NCBI GenBank assembly: GCA_012295275.1
Contig: CM022665.1
Coordinates: forward strand, 47,864,001-47,928,000
Length of the DNA stretch: 64,000 nucleotides
Direction: 5' to 3'
DNA from: Chrysomallon squamiferum
Taxonomy: Eukaryota > Animalia > Mollusca
Within the stretch, counting starts at the first letter, position 1. Each line of letters starts with the position of its first letter. Below the pieces are notes generated by a model that did not search any database, was not told the DNA's origin, and saw only the letters and a list, made by a program, of their open reading frames with translations. Both the position numbers and the translations under genes were made by a program. Below are positions 38,001 through 53,000 of the stretch, piece after piece.

Positions 38001-41000
38001 ACAACTCGTTTCCGACACGTGCACAAAAACGCACATGTTTTTTTTTTTTTTGCTCGTTTTTTTTTTTTTTTTTTTCTAAAGGTGCAGCACCTTTGGAAAA
38101 TGTTGGAAACCATTTTGCCACACTCGCCCCGACGGCGCGCACCTTTTGCACACGTTGAAATATTTTTCCCGACAGGACGGAATAGTGCCACACGGATTTT
38201 CAACTTTTGAAAATCGAATTTTTTCAAGTTTCGTTGAAAATGCTAGGGGTACCTTTTTCAAAGTGCAATAACTTTTTCTGAGCACGTGGGAAAAATCGGG
38301 CGCACATACCCAAAAGTGGGGCAAGGGTTGCCCGACACGGGTGAAAAGTGCCGCACGCCGCACCCAAGGGGAACAACTCGTTTCCGACACGTGCACAAAA
38401 AACGCACATGTTTTTGAAAATTTGCTCGTTTTTTTTTTTGAAAACGCATTTTTTCAAACGCATTTGTGCAGCACCTTTGGAAAATGTTGGAAACCATTTT
38501 GCCACACTCGCCCCGACGGCGCGCACCTTTTGCACACGTTGAAATATTTTTCCCGACAGGACGGAATAGTGCCACACGGATTTTCAACTTTTGAAAATCG
38601 AATTTTTTCAAGTTTCGTTGAAAATGCTAGGGGTACCTTTTTCAAAGTGCAATAACTTTTTCTGAGCACGTGGAAAAATCGGGCGCACATACCCAAAAGT
38701 GGGGCAAGGGTTGCCCCACACGGGTGAAAAGTGCCGCACGCCCCACCCAAGGGGAACAACTCGTTTCCGACACGTGCACAAAAACGCACATGTTTTTTTG
38801 AAAATTTGCTCGTTTTTTTTTTTTTCATTTTCAAAAGGTGCAGCACCTTTGGAAAATGTTGGAAACGTTTTGCCACACTTTTGCCGACGGCGCGCACCTT
38901 TTGCACACACGTCGAAATAAATTTTTCCCGACCAAACGGAATAGTGCCACACGGATTTTCAACGGATTTTCAACTTTTGAAAATCGAATTTTTTCAAGTT
39001 TCGTTGAAAATGCTAGGGGTACCTTTTTCAAAGTGCAATAACTTTTTCTGAGCACGTGGGAAAAATCGGGCGCACATACCCAAAAGTGGGGCAAGGGTTG
39101 CCCGACACGGGTGAAAAGTGCCGCACGCCCCACCCAAGGGGAACAACTCGTTTCCGACACGTGCACAAAAAACGCACATGTTTTTGAAAATTTGCTCGTT
39201 TTTTTTTTTTTTTTTTCAAAAGGTGCAGCACCTTTGGAAAATGTTGGAAACCATTTTGCCACACTTTGCCCCGACGGCGCGCACCTTTTGCACACGTTGA
39301 AATATTTTTCCCGACCAAACGGAATAGGAAACGGAACACGGATTTTCAACTTTTTGAAAATCGAATTTTTTTTTCAAGTTTCGTTGAAAATGCTAGGGGT
39401 ACTTTTTCAAAGTGCAATAACTTTTTCGAGCACGTGGAAAAATCGGGCGCACATACCCAAAAGTGGGGGGGGCAGGGTTGCCCGACACGGGTGGGTCAAA
39501 AGTGCCGCACGCCCCACCCAAGGGGAACAACTCGTTTCCGACACGTGCACAAAAAAACGCACATGTTTTTTTTTGAATTTGCTCGTTTTTTTTTTGCGCA
39601 CGCATTTTCAAAAAAGCACCTTTGGTAAATGTTGGAAACGTTTTTGCCACACTTCGCCCCGACGGCGCGCACGTTTTGCACACGTCGAAATATTTTTCCC
39701 GACCAAACGGAATAGTGCCACACGGATTTTCAACTTTTGAAAATCGAATTTTTTCAAGTTTCGTTGAAAATGCTAGGGGTACCTTTTTCAAAGTGCAATA
39801 ACTTTTTCCGAGCACGTGGGAAAAATCGGGCGCACATACCCAAAAGTGGGGCAAGGGTTGCCCGACACGGGTCAAAAGTGCCGCACGCCACGCCCCACCC
39901 AAGGGGAACAACTCGTTTCCGACACGTGCACAAAAAACGCACATGTTTTTTTGAAAATTTGCTCGATTTTTTTTTTCAAACGCATTTTCAAAAGGTGCAG
40001 CACCTTTGGTAAATGTTGGAAACGTTTTTGCCACACTCGCCCCGACGGCGCGCACGTTTTGCACACGTCGAAATATTTTTCCCGACCAAACGGAATAGTG
40101 CCACACGGATTTTCAACTTTTGAAAATCGAATTTTTTCAAGTTTCGTTGAAAATGCTAGGGGTACCTTTTTTCAAGTGCAATAACTTTTTCCGAGCACGG
40201 GAAAAATCGGGCGCACATACCCAAAAGTGGGGCAAGGGTTGCCCGACACGGGTCAAAAGTGCCGCACGCCCCACCCAAGGGGAACAACTCGTTTCCGACA
40301 CGTGCACAAAAAACGCACATGTTTTTGAAAATTTGCTCGATTTTTTTTTTAAACGCATTTTCAAAAGGTGCAGCACCTTTGGTAAATGTTGGAAACGTTT
40401 TTGCCACACTCGCCCCGACGGCGCGCACGTTTTGCACACGTCGAAATATTTTTCCCGACCAAACGGAACAGTGCCACACGGATTTTCAACACGGATTTTC
40501 AACTTTGAAAATCGAATTTTTTCAGTTTCGTTGAAAAAAATGCTAGGGGTACCTTTTTCAAAGTGCAATAACTTTTTCCGAGCACGTGGGAAAAATCGGG
40601 CGCACATACCCAAAAAAGTAAGGGGGTTGCCCGACACGGGTCAAAAGTGCCGCACGCCCCACCCAAGGGGAACAACTCGTTTCCGACACGTGCACAAAAA
40701 AACGCACATGTTTTTGAAAATTTGCTCGATTTTTTTTTCAAACGCATTTTCAAAAGGGGCAGCACCTTTGGTAAATGTTGGAAACGTTTTTGCCACACTC
40801 GCCCCGACGGCGCGCACGTTTTGCACACGTCGAAATATTTTTCCCGACCAAACGGAACAGTGCCACACGGATTTTCAACTTTTGAAAATCGAATTTTTCA
40901 AGTTTCGTTGAAAATGCTAGGGGTACCTTTTTCAAAGTGCAATAACTTTTTTTCGAGCACGTGGGAAAAATCGGGCGCACATACCCAAAAGTGGGGCAAG

Positions 41001-44000
41001 GGTTGCCCGACACGGGTCAAAAGTGCCGCACGCCCCACCCAAGGGGAACAACTCGTTTCCGACACGTGCACAAAAAACGCACATGTTTTTGAAAATTTGC
41101 TCGTTTTTTTTTCAAACGCATTTTCAAAAGGTGCAGCACCTTTGGTAAATGTTGGAAACGTTTTTGCCACACACCGCCCCGACGGCGCGCGCACGTTTTG
41201 CACACGTCGAAATATTTTTCCCGACCAAACGGAATAGTGCCACACGGATTTTCAACTTTTGAAAATCGAATTTTTTCAAGTTTCGTTGAAAATGCTAGGG
41301 GTACCTTTTTCAAAGTGCAATAACTTTTTCCGAGCACGTGGGAAAAATCGGGCGCACATACCCAAAAGTGGGGCAAGGGTTGCCCGACACGGGTCAAAAG
41401 TGCCGCACGCCCCACCCAAGGGGAACAACTCGTTTCCGACACGTGCACAAAAAACGCACATGTTTTTGAAAATTTGCTCGATTTTTTTTCAAACGCATTT
41501 TCAAAAGGTGCAGCACCTTTGGTAAATGTTGGAAACGTTTTTGCCACACTCGCCCCGACGGCGCGCACGTTTTGCACACGTCGAAATATTTTTCCCGACC
41601 AAACGGAACAGTGCCACACGGATTTTCAACTTTTGAAAATCGAATTTTTTCAAGTTTCGTTGAAAATGCTAGGGGTACCTTTTTCAAAGTGCAATAACTT
41701 TTTCCGAGCACGTGGGAAAAATCGGGCGCACATACCCAAAAGTGGGGCAAGGGTTGCCCGACACGGGTCAAAAGTGCCGCACGCCCCACCCAAGGGGAAC
41801 AACTCGTTTCCGACACGTGCACAAAAAAAACACATGTTTTTTAGAAATTTGCTCGATTTTTTTTTTCAAACGCATTTTCAAAAGGTGCAACACCTTTGGT
41901 AAATGTTGGAAACGTTTTTGCCACACTCGCCCCGACGGCGCGCACGTTTTGCACACGTCGAAATATTTTTCCCGACCAAACGGAACAGTGCCACACGGAT
42001 TTTCAACTTTTGAAAATCGAATTTTTTCAAGTTTCGTTGAAAATGCTAGGGGTACCTTTTTCAAAGTGCAATAACTTTTTCCGAGCACGTGGGAAAAATC
42101 GGGCGCACATACCCAAAAAGTGGGGGGGTTGGGTTGCCCGACACGGGTCAAAAGTGCCGCACGCCCCACCCAAGGGGAACAACTCGTTTCCGACACGTGC
42201 ACAAAAAACGCACATGTTTTTGAAAATTTGCTCGATTTTTTTTCAAACGCATTTTCAAAAGGTGCAGCACCTTTGGTAAATGTTGGAAACGTTTTTGCCA
42301 CACTCGCCCCGACGGCGCGCACGTTTTGCACACGTCGAAATATTTTTCCCGACCAAACGGAACAGTGCCACACGGATTTTCAACTTTTGAAAATCGAATT
42401 TTTTCAAGTTTCGTTGAAAATGCTAGGGGTACCTTTTTTTTTTTGCAATAACTTTTTCCGAGCACGTGGGAAAAATCGGGCGCACATACCCAAAAGTGGG
42501 GCAAGGGTTGCCCGACACGGGTCAAAAGTGCCGCACGCCCCACCCAAGGGGAACAACTCGTTTCCGACACGTGCACAAAAAACGCACATGTTTTTGAAAA
42601 TTTGCTCGATTTTTTTTTCAAACGCATTTTCAAAAGGTGCAGCACCTTTGGTAAATGTTGGAAACGTTTTTGCCACACTCGCCCCGACGGCGCGCGCGTT
42701 TTTGCACGTCGAAATATTTTTCCCGACCAAACGGAACAGTGCCACACGGATTTTCAACTTTGAAAATCGAATTTTTTCAAGTTTCGTTGAAAATGCTAGG
42801 GGTACCTTTTTCAAAGTGCAATAACTTTTTCCGAGCACGTGGAAAAATCGGGCGCACATACCCAAAAGTGGGGCAAGGGTTGCCCGACACGGGTCAAAAA
42901 AATCCGCACGCCCCACCCAAGGGGAACAACTCGTTTCCGACACGTGCACAAAAAACGCACATGTTTTTGAAAATTTGCTCGATTTTTTTTTCGCAAACGC
43001 ATTTTCAAAAGGTGCAGCACCTTTGGTAAATGTTGGAAACGTTTTTGCCACACTCGCCCCGACGGCGCGCACGTTTTGCACACGTCGAAATATTTTTCCC
43101 GACCAAACGGAACAGTGCCACACGGATTTTCAACTTTTGAAAATCGAATTTTTCAAGTTTCGTTGAAAAATGCTAGGGGTACCTTTTTCAAAATAACTTT
43201 TTTTCCGAGCACGTGGGAAAAAATCGGGCGCACATACCCAAAAGTAAGGGGCAAGGGCCCGACACGGGTCAAAAGTGCCGCACGCCCCACCCAAGGGGAA
43301 CAACTCGTTTCCGACACGTGCACAAAAAACGCACATGTTTTTTTGAAATTTGCTCGATTTTTTTGAAAAACGCATTTTTTTTCAAAGGTGCAGCAGCACC
43401 TTTGGTAAATGTTGGAAACGTTTTTGCCACACTCGCCCCCCCGACGGCGCGCACGTTTTGCACACGTCGAAATATTTTTCCCGACCAAACGGAACAGTGC
43501 CACACGGATTTTCAACTTTTGAAAATCGAATTTTTTCAAGTTTCGTTGAAAATGCTAGGGGTACCTTTTTTCAAAGTGCAATAACTTTTTTTCGAGCACG
43601 GGAAAAAATCGGGCGCACATACCCAAAAGTAAGGGCAAGGGTTGCCCGACACGGGTCAAAAGTGCCGCACGCCCCACCCAAGGGGAACAACTCGTTTCCG
43701 ACACGTGCACAAAAAACGCACATGTTTTTGAAAATTTGCTCGTTTTTTTTTCAAACGCATTTTCAAAAGGTGCAGCACCTTTGGTAAATGTTGGAAACGT
43801 TTTTGCCACACTCGCCCCGACGGCGCGCACGTTTTGCACACGTCGAAATATTTTTCCCGACCAAACGGAACAGTGCCACACGGATTTTCAACTTTTGAAA
43901 ATCGAATTTTTTCAAGTTTCGTTGAAAATGCTAGGGGTACCTTTTTCAAAGTGCAATAACTTTTTCCGAGCACGTGGGAAAAATCGGGCGCACATACCCA

Positions 44001-47000
44001 AAAGTGGGGGGGGGGGGGTTGCCCGACACGGGTCAAAAGTGCCGCACGCCCCACCCAAAGGGGAACAACTCGTTTCCGACACGTGCACAAAAAAAAACAC
44101 ATGTTTTGAAAATTTGCTCGATTTTTTTTTCAAACGCATTTTCAAAAGGTGCAGCACCTTTGGTAAATGTTGGAAACGTTTTTGCCAAACTTTTTTTGAC
44201 GGCGCGCACGTTTTGCACACGTCGAAATATTTTTCCCGACCAAACGGAACAGTGCCACACGGATTTTCAACTTTTGAAAATCGAATTTTTTCAAGTTTCG
44301 TTGAAAATGCTAGGGGTACCTTTTTCAAAGTGCAATAACTTTTTCCGAGCACGTGGAAAAATCGGGCGCACATACCCAAAAAGTAAGGGGGTTGCCCGAC
44401 ACGGGTCAAAAAAAGTGCCGCACGCCCCACCTAAGGGGAACAACTCGTTTCCGACACGCACACAAAAACGCACATGCACATTTTTTGAAAATTTGCTCGA
44501 TTTTTTTCAAACGCATTTTCAAAAGGTGCAGCACCTTTGGTAAATGTTGGAAACGTTTTTGCCATTAACTCGCCCCGACGGCGCGCACGTTTTGCACACG
44601 TCGAAATATTTTTCCCGACCAAACGGAACAGTGCCACACGGATTTTCAACTTTTGAAAATCGAATTTTTTTCAAGTTTCGTTGAAAAAATGCTAGGGGTA
44701 CCTTTTTTCAAAGTGCAATAACTTTTTCCGAGCACGTGGAAAAATCGGGCGCACATACCCAAAAGTGGGGCAAGGGTTGCCCGACACGGGTCAAAAGTGC
44801 CGCACGCCCCACCCAAGGGGAACAACTCGTTTCCGACACGTGCACAAAAAACGCACATGTTTTTGAAAATTTGCTCGATTTTTTTTCAAACGCATTTTCA
44901 AAAGGTGCAGCACCTTTGGTAAATGTTGGAAACGTTTTTTTGCCACACTTTTTTTTTTTTCAAAACGCGCACGTTTTGCACACGTCGAAATATTTTTTCC
45001 CGACAAAACCGGAGAAGTGCCACACGGATTTTCAACTTTTGAAAATCGAATTTTTTCAAGTTTCGTTGAAAATGCTAGGGGTACCTTTTTCAAAGTGCAA
45101 TAACTTTTTCCGAGCACGTGGGAAAAATCGGGCGCACATACCCAAAAGTGGGGCAAGGGGGTGCCCGACACGGGTCAAAAGTGCCGCACGCCCCACCCAA
45201 GGGGAACAACTCGTTTCCGACACGTGCACAAAAAACGCACACATGTTTTTGAAAATTTGCTCGATTTTTTTTTTCACGCATTTTCAAAAGGTGCAGCACC
45301 TTTGGTAAATGTTGGAAACGTTTTTGCCACACTTGCCCCGACGGCGCGCACGTTTTGCACGTCGAAATATTTTTCCCGACCAAACGGAACAGTGCCACAC
45401 GGATTTTCAACTTTTGAAAATCGAATTTTTTCAAGTTTCGTTGAAAATGCTAGGGGTACCTTTTTCAAAGTGCAATAACTTTTTCCGAGCACGTGGGAAA
45501 ATCGGGCGCACATACCCCCAAAAGTAAGGGGCAAGGCCCGACACGGGTCAAAAAAGTGCCGCACGCCCCACCCAAGGGGAACAACTCGTTTCCGACACGT
45601 GCACAAAAACGCACATGTTTTTGAAAATTTGCTCGATTTTTTTTTTTTTTTCAAAAGGTGCAGCACCTTTGGTAAATGTTGGAAACGTTTTTGCCACACT
45701 TCGCCCCGACGGCGCGCACGTTTTGCACACGTCGAAATATTTTTCCCGACCAAACGGAACAGTGTCGAAATATTTTTCACCAAACGGATTTTCAACTTTT
45801 CAAATTTGAAAATTTTTTTTTCAAGTTTCGTTGAAAAAAATGCTAGGGGTACCTTTTTCAAAGTGCAATAACTTTTTCCGAGCACGTGGGAAAAATCGGG
45901 CGCACATACCCAAAAGTAAAAAGGGTTGGGTTGCCGACACGGGTCAAAAGTGCCGCACGCCCCACCCAAGGGGAACAACTCGTTTCCGACACGTGCACAA
46001 AAAACGCACATGTTTTTGAAAATTTGCTCGATTTTTTTTCAAACGCATTTTCAAAAGGTGCAGCACCTTTGGTAAATGTTGGAAACGTTTTTGCCACACT
46101 CGCCCCGACGGCGCGCACGTTTTGCGTTTTGTCGAAATATTTTTTTCCCGACCAAACGGAACAGTGCCACACGGATTTTCAACTTTTGAAAATCGAATTT
46201 TTTTTTTTTCGTTGAAAAATGCTAGGGGTACCTTTTTCAAAGTGCAATAACTTTTTCCGAGCACGTGGGAAAAATCGGGCGCACATACCCAAAAAAAAAA
46301 GGGGGTTGCCCGACACGGGTCAAAAGTGCCGCACGCCCCACCCAAGGGGAACAACTCGTTTCCGACACGTGCACAAAAAAACGCACATGTTTTTGAAAAT
46401 TTGCTCGATTTTTTTTTTTTTTCGCATTTCAAAAGGTGCAGCACCTTTGGTAAATGTTGGAAACGTTTTTGCCACACTTTTTTGACGGCGCGCACGTTTT
46501 GCACACGTCGAAATATTTTTCCCGACCAAACGGAACGAGTGGAACAGTGCACACGGATTTTCAACTTTTGAAAATCGAATTTTTTCAAGTTTCGTTGAAA
46601 ATGCTAGGGGTACCTTTTTCAAAGTGCAATAACTTTTTCCGAGCACGTGGGAAAAATCATCGCACATACCCAAAAGTAAGCAAGGGTTGCCCGACACGGG
46701 TCAAAAGTGCCGCACGCCCCACCCCAAGGGGAACAACAACTCGTTTCCGACACGTGCACAAAAACGCACATGTTTTTTTGAAATTTGCTCGATTTTTTTT
46801 TTTTTCAACGCATTTTCAAAAGGTGCAGCACCTTTGGTAAATGTTGGAAACGTTTTTGCCACACTTTGCCCCGACGGCGCGCACGTTTTTTGCACACGTC
46901 GAAATATTTTTCCCGACCAAACGGAACAGTGCCACACGGATTTTTCAACTTTTTGAAAATCGAATTTTTTCAAGTTTCGTTGAAAATGCTAGGGGTAAAA

Positions 47001-50000
47001 TCGAATTTTTCAAAGTGCAATAACTTTTTTTCGAGCAATAACGTTTTCCGAGCAATCGGGCGCACATACCCCAAAAAGGGCAAGGGTTGCCCGACACGGG
47101 TCAAAAGTGCCGCACGCCCCACCCAAGGGGAACAACTCGTTTCCGACACGTGCACAAAAAAACGCACATGTTTTTGAAAATTTGCTCGATTTTTTTTTTT
47201 TTTTTTTCAAAAGGTGCAGCACCTTTGGTAAATGTTGGAAACGTTTTTGCCAACTTTTTTTTGACGGCGCGCACGTTTTGCACACGTCGTCGAAATATTT
47301 TTTTCGACCAAACGGAAAACGGAGTGCCACACGGATTTTCAACTTTTGAAAATCGAATTTTTTCAAGTTTCGTTGAAAATGCTAGGGGTACCTTTTTCAA
47401 AGTGCAATAACTTTTTCCGAGCACGTGGGAAAAATCGGGCGCACATACCCAAAAGTGGGGCAAGGGTTGCCCGACACGGGTCAAAAGTGCCGCACGCCCC
47501 ACCCCCCAAGGGGAACAACTCGTTTCCGACACGTGCACAAAAAAAAACACATGTTTTTGAAAATTTGCTCGATTTTTTTTTTTTTCAACGCATTTTCAAA
47601 AGGTGCAGCACCTTTGGTAAATGTTGGAAACGTTTTTGCCACACTCGCCCCGACGGCGCGCACGTTTTGCACACGTCGAAATATTTTTCCCGACCAAACG
47701 GAACAGTGCCACACGGATTTTCAACTTTTGAAAATCGAATTTTTTCAAGTTTCGTTGAAAATGCTAGGGGTACCTTTTTCAAAGTGCAATAACTTTTTCC
47801 GAGCACGTGGGAAAAATCGGGCGCACATACCCAAAAGTGGGGCAAGGGTTGCCCGACACGGGTCAAAAGTGCCGCACGCCCCACCCAAGGGGAACAACTC
47901 GTTTCCGACACGTGCACAAAAAACGCACATGTTTTTGAAAATTTGCTCGATTTTTTTCAAACGCATTTTCAAAAGGTGCAGCACCTTTGGTAAATGTTGG
48001 AAACGTTTTTGCCACACTCGCCCCGACGGCGCGCACGTTTTGCACACGTCGAAATATTTTTCCCGACCAAACGGAACAGTGCCACACGGATTTTCAACTG
48101 AACAGTTTTTCAACTTTGAAAATCGAATTTTTTTCAAGTTTCGTTGAAAATAATAGGGGTACCTTTTTCAAAGTGCAATAACTTTTTCCGAGCACGTGGA
48201 AAAAATCGGGCGCACATACCCAAAAAAGTGGGGCAAGGGTTGCCCCACACGGGTCAAAAGTGCCGCACGCCCCACCCAAGGGGAACAACTCGTTTCCGAC
48301 ACGTGCACAAAAAAACACATGTTTTTTTGAAAATTTGCTCGATTTTTTTTTTTCAAACGCATTTTCAAAAGGTGCAGCACCTTTGGTAAATGTTGGAAAC
48401 GTTTTTGCCACACTCGCCCCGACGGCGCGCACGTTTTGCACACGTCGAAATATTTTTCCCGACCAAACGGAACAGTGCCACACGGATTTTCAACTTTTGA
48501 AAATCGAATTTTTTCAAGTTTCGTTGAAAATGCTAGGGGTACCTTTTTCAAAGTGCAATAACTTTTTCCGAGCACGTGGGAAAAATCGGGCGCACATACC
48601 CAAAAGTAAGGGGGTTGCCCGACACGGGTCAAAAGTGCCGCACGCCCCACCCAAGGGGAACAACTCGTTTCCGACACGTGCACAAAAAACGCACATGTTT
48701 TTGAAAATTTGCTCGATTTTTTTTCAAACGCATTTTCAAAAGGTGCAGCACCTTTGGTAAATGTTGGAAACGTTTTTGCCACACTCGCCCCGACGGCGCG
48801 CACGTTTTGCACACGTCGAAATATTTTTCCCGACCAAACGGAACAGTGCCACACGGATTTTCAACTTTTGAAAATCGAATTTTTTCAAGTTTCGTTGAAA
48901 ATGCTAGGGGTACCTTTTTCAAAGTGCAATAACTTTTTCCGAGCACGTGGGAAAAATCGGGCGCACATACCCAAAAGTGGGGCAAGGGTTGCCCGACACG
49001 GGTCAAAAGTGCCGCACGCCCCACCCAAGGGGAACAACTCGTTTCCGACACGTGCACAAAAAACGCACATGTTTTTGAAAATTTGCTCGATTTTTTTTTT
49101 CAACGCATTTTCAAAAGGTGCAGCACCTTTGGTAAATGTTGGAAACGTTTTTGCCACACACAAAAGGTGCAGCACCTTTTTGGTAAATATTTTTCCCGAA
49201 AACGGAACAGTTTTTTTCAACTTTGAAAATCGAATTTTTTCAAGTTTCGTTGAAAATGCTGCCCGACGGCGCGCAATAACTTTTTCCGAGCACGTGGAAA
49301 AATTTTCACATACCCGTAAGGCAAGGGTTGCCCGACACGGGTCAAAAGTGCCGCGCCCCACCCAAGGGGAACAACTTTTCCGACACGTGCACAAAAACGC
49401 AAAAAATTTGCTCGGAAAACGCATTTTCAAAAGGTGCAGCACCTTTGGTAAATGTTGGAAACGTTTTCAACTTTTGCAATAAATCGAAATTTTTTCCCGA
49501 CCAAACGGAAAATGCAACGGATTTTCAACTTTGAAAATCGAATTTTTTCAAGTTTCGTTGAAAAAATGCTAGGGGTACCTTTTTCAAAGTGCAATAACTT
49601 TTTCCGAGCACGTGGAAAAAAATCGGGCGCACATACCCAAAAAAAAGGCAAGGGGTTGCCCGACACGGGTCAAAAGTGCCGCACGCCCCACCCAAGGGGA
49701 ACAACTCGTTTCCGACACGTGCACAAAAAACGCACATGTTTTTGAAAATTTGCTCGATTTTTTTCAAACGCATTTTCAAAAGGTGCAGCACCTTTGGTAA
49801 ATGTTGGAAACGTTTTTGCCACACTCGCCCCGACGGCGCGCACGTTTTGCACACGTCGAAATATTTTTCCCGACCAAACGGAACAGTGCCACACGGATTT
49901 TCAACTTTTGAAAATCGAATTTTTTCAAGTTTCGTTGAAAATGCTAGGGGTACCTTTTTCAAAGTGCAATAACTTTTTCCGAGCACGTGGGAAAAATCGG

Positions 50001-53000
50001 GCGCACATACCCAAAAGTGGGGCAAGGGTTGCCCGACACGGGTCAAAAGTGCCGCACGCCCCACCCAAGGGGAACAACTCGTTTCCGACACGTGCACAAA
50101 AAAACACATGTTTTTTTGAAAATTTGCTCGATTTTTTTTTTTCAAACGCATTTTCAAAAGGTGCAGCACCTTTGGTAAATGTTGGAAACGTTTTTGCCAC
50201 ACTCGCCCCGACGGCGCGCACGTTTTGCACACGTCGAAATATTTTTCCCGACCAAACGGAACAGTGCCACACGGGATTTCAACTTTTGAAAATCGAATTT
50301 TTTCAAGTTTCGTTGAAAATGCTAGGGGTACCTTTTTCAAAGTGCAATAACTTTTTCCGAGCACGTGGGAAAAATCGGGCGCACATACCCAAAAGTGGGG
50401 CAAGGGGTGCCCGACACGGGTCAAAAGTGCCGCACGCCCCACCCAAGGGGAACAACTCGTTTCCGACACGTGCACAAAAAAAACACATGTTTTTGAAAAT
50501 TTGCTCGATTTTTTTTTACAACGCATTTTCAAAAGGTGCAGCACCTTTGGTAAATGTTGGAAACGTTTTTGCCACACTCGCCCCGACGGCGCGCACGTTT
50601 TGCACACGTCGAAATATTTTTTTTCGACCAAACGGAACAGTGCCACACGGATTTTCAACTTTGAAAATCGAATTTTTTCAAGTTTCGTTGAAAATGCTAG
50701 GGGTACCTTTTTCAAAGTGCAATAACTTTTTCCGAGCACGTGGGAAAAATCGGGCGCACATACCCAAAAGTGGGGCAAGGGTTGCCCGACACGGGTCAAA
50801 AGTGCCGCACGCCCCACCCAAGGGGAACAACTCGTTTCCGACACGTGCACAAAAAAACGCACATGTTTTTGAAAATTTGCTCGATTTTTTTTTTTTCAAA
50901 CGCATTTTCAAAAGGTGCAGCACCTTTGGTAAATGTTGGAAACGTTTTTGCCACACTCGCCCCGACGGCGCGCACGTTTTGCACACGTCGAAATATTTTT
51001 CCCGACCAAACGGAACAGTGCCACACGGATTTTCAACTTTTGAAAATCGAATTTTTCAAGTTTCGTTGAAAATGCTAGGGGTACCTTTTTCAAAGTGCAA
51101 TAACTTTTTCCGAGCACGTGGGAAAAATCGGGCGCACATACCCAAAAGTGGGGCAAGGGTTGCCCGACACGGGTCAAAAGTGCCGCACGCCCCACCCAAG
51201 GGGAACAACTCGTTTCCGACACGTGCACAAAAACGCACATGTTTTTTAAAATTTGCTCGATTTTTTTTTTCAACGCATTTTCAAAAGGTGCAGCACCTTT
51301 GGTAAATGTTGGAAACGTTTTTGCCACACTCGCCCCGACGGCGCGCACGTTTTGCACACACGTCGAAATATTTTTCCCGACCAAACGGAACAGTGCCACA
51401 CGGATTTTCAACTTTTGAAAATCGAATTTTTTCAAGTTTCGTTGAAAAAATGCTAGGGGTACCTTTTTCAAAGTGCAATAACTTTTTCCGAGCACGTGGG
51501 AAAAATCGGGCGCACATACCCAAAAGTGGGGCAAGGGTTGCCCGACACGGGTCAAAAGTGCCGCACGCCCCACCCAAGGGGAACAACTCGTTTCCGACAC
51601 GTGCACAAAAAAACGCACATGTTTTTGAAAATTTGCTCGATTTTTTTTTTTTCAACGCATTTTCAAAAGGTGCAGCACCTTTGGTAAATGTTGGAAACGT
51701 TTTTGCCACACTCGCCCCGACGGCGCGCACGTTTTGCACACGTCGAAATATTTTTCCCGACCAAACGGAACAGTACAGCACACACGGATTTTCAACTTTG
51801 AAAATCGAATTTTTTCAAGTTTCGTTGAAAATGCTAGGGGTACCTTTTTCAAAGTGCAATAACTTTTTCCGAGCACGTGGGAAAAATCGGGCGCACATAC
51901 CCAAAAGTGGGGCAAGGGTTGCCCGACACGGGTCAAAAGTGCCGCACGCCCCACCCAAGGGGAACAACTCGTTTCCGACACGTGCACAAAAAACGCACAT
52001 GTTTTTGAAATTTGCTCGATTTTTTTTCAAACGCATTTTCAAAAGGTGCAGCACCTTTGGTAAATGTTGGAAACGTTTTTGCCATTACACTCGCCCCCCG
52101 GCGCGCACGTTTTGCACACGTCGAAATATTTTTCCCGACCAAACGGAACAGTGCCACACGGATTTTCAACTTTTGAAAATCGAATTTTTCAAGTTTCGTT
52201 GAAAATGCTAGGGGTACCTTTTTTTTCAAAGTGCAATAACTTTTTCCGAGCACGTGGAAAAATCGGGCGCACATACCCAAAAAGTGGAAGGGTTGCCCCG
52301 ACACGGGTCAAAAGTGCCGCACGCCCCACCCAAGGGGAACAACTCGTTTCCGACACGTGCACAAAAAACGCACATGTTTTTGAAAATTTGCTCGATTTTT
52401 TTCAAACGCATTTTCAAAAGGTGCAGCACCTTTGGTAAATGTTGGAAACGTTTTTGCCACACTCGCCCCGACGGCGCGCACGTTTTGCACACGTCGAAAT
52501 ATTTTTCCCGACCAAACGGAACAGTGCCACACGGATTTTCAACTTTTGAAAATCGAATTTTTTCAAGTTTCGTTGAAAATGCTAGGGGTACCTTTTTCAA
52601 AGTGCAATAACTTTTTTCGAGCACGTGGAAAAATCGGGCGCACATACCCAAAAGTGGGGCAAGGGTTGCCCGACACGGGTCAAAAGTGCCGCACGCCCCA
52701 CCCAAGGGGAACAACTCGTTTCCGACACGTGCACAAAAAAACGCACATGTTTTTGAAAATTTGCTCGATTTTTTTTTTTTTCACGCATTTTCAAAAGGTG
52801 CAGCACCTTTGGTAAATGTTGGAAACGTTTTTGCCACACTCGCCCCGACGGCGCGCACGTTTTGCACACGTCGAAATATTTTTCCCGACCAAACGGAACA
52901 GTGCCACACGGATTTTCAACTTTTGAAAATCGAATTTTTTCAAGTTTCGTTGAAAATGCTAGGGGTACCTTTTTCAAAGTGCAATAACTTTTTCCGAGCA

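Noticed and set aside
34440-49520. Scrambled monomers (e.g. 34440-34610, 36750-36950, 45760-45810, 47000-47055, 49160-49520) as real rearrangements
   Set aside because: They look like long-read consensus or polishing errors, with homopolymer noise and spliced-in fragments of the same unit. They cannot be trusted without reads.
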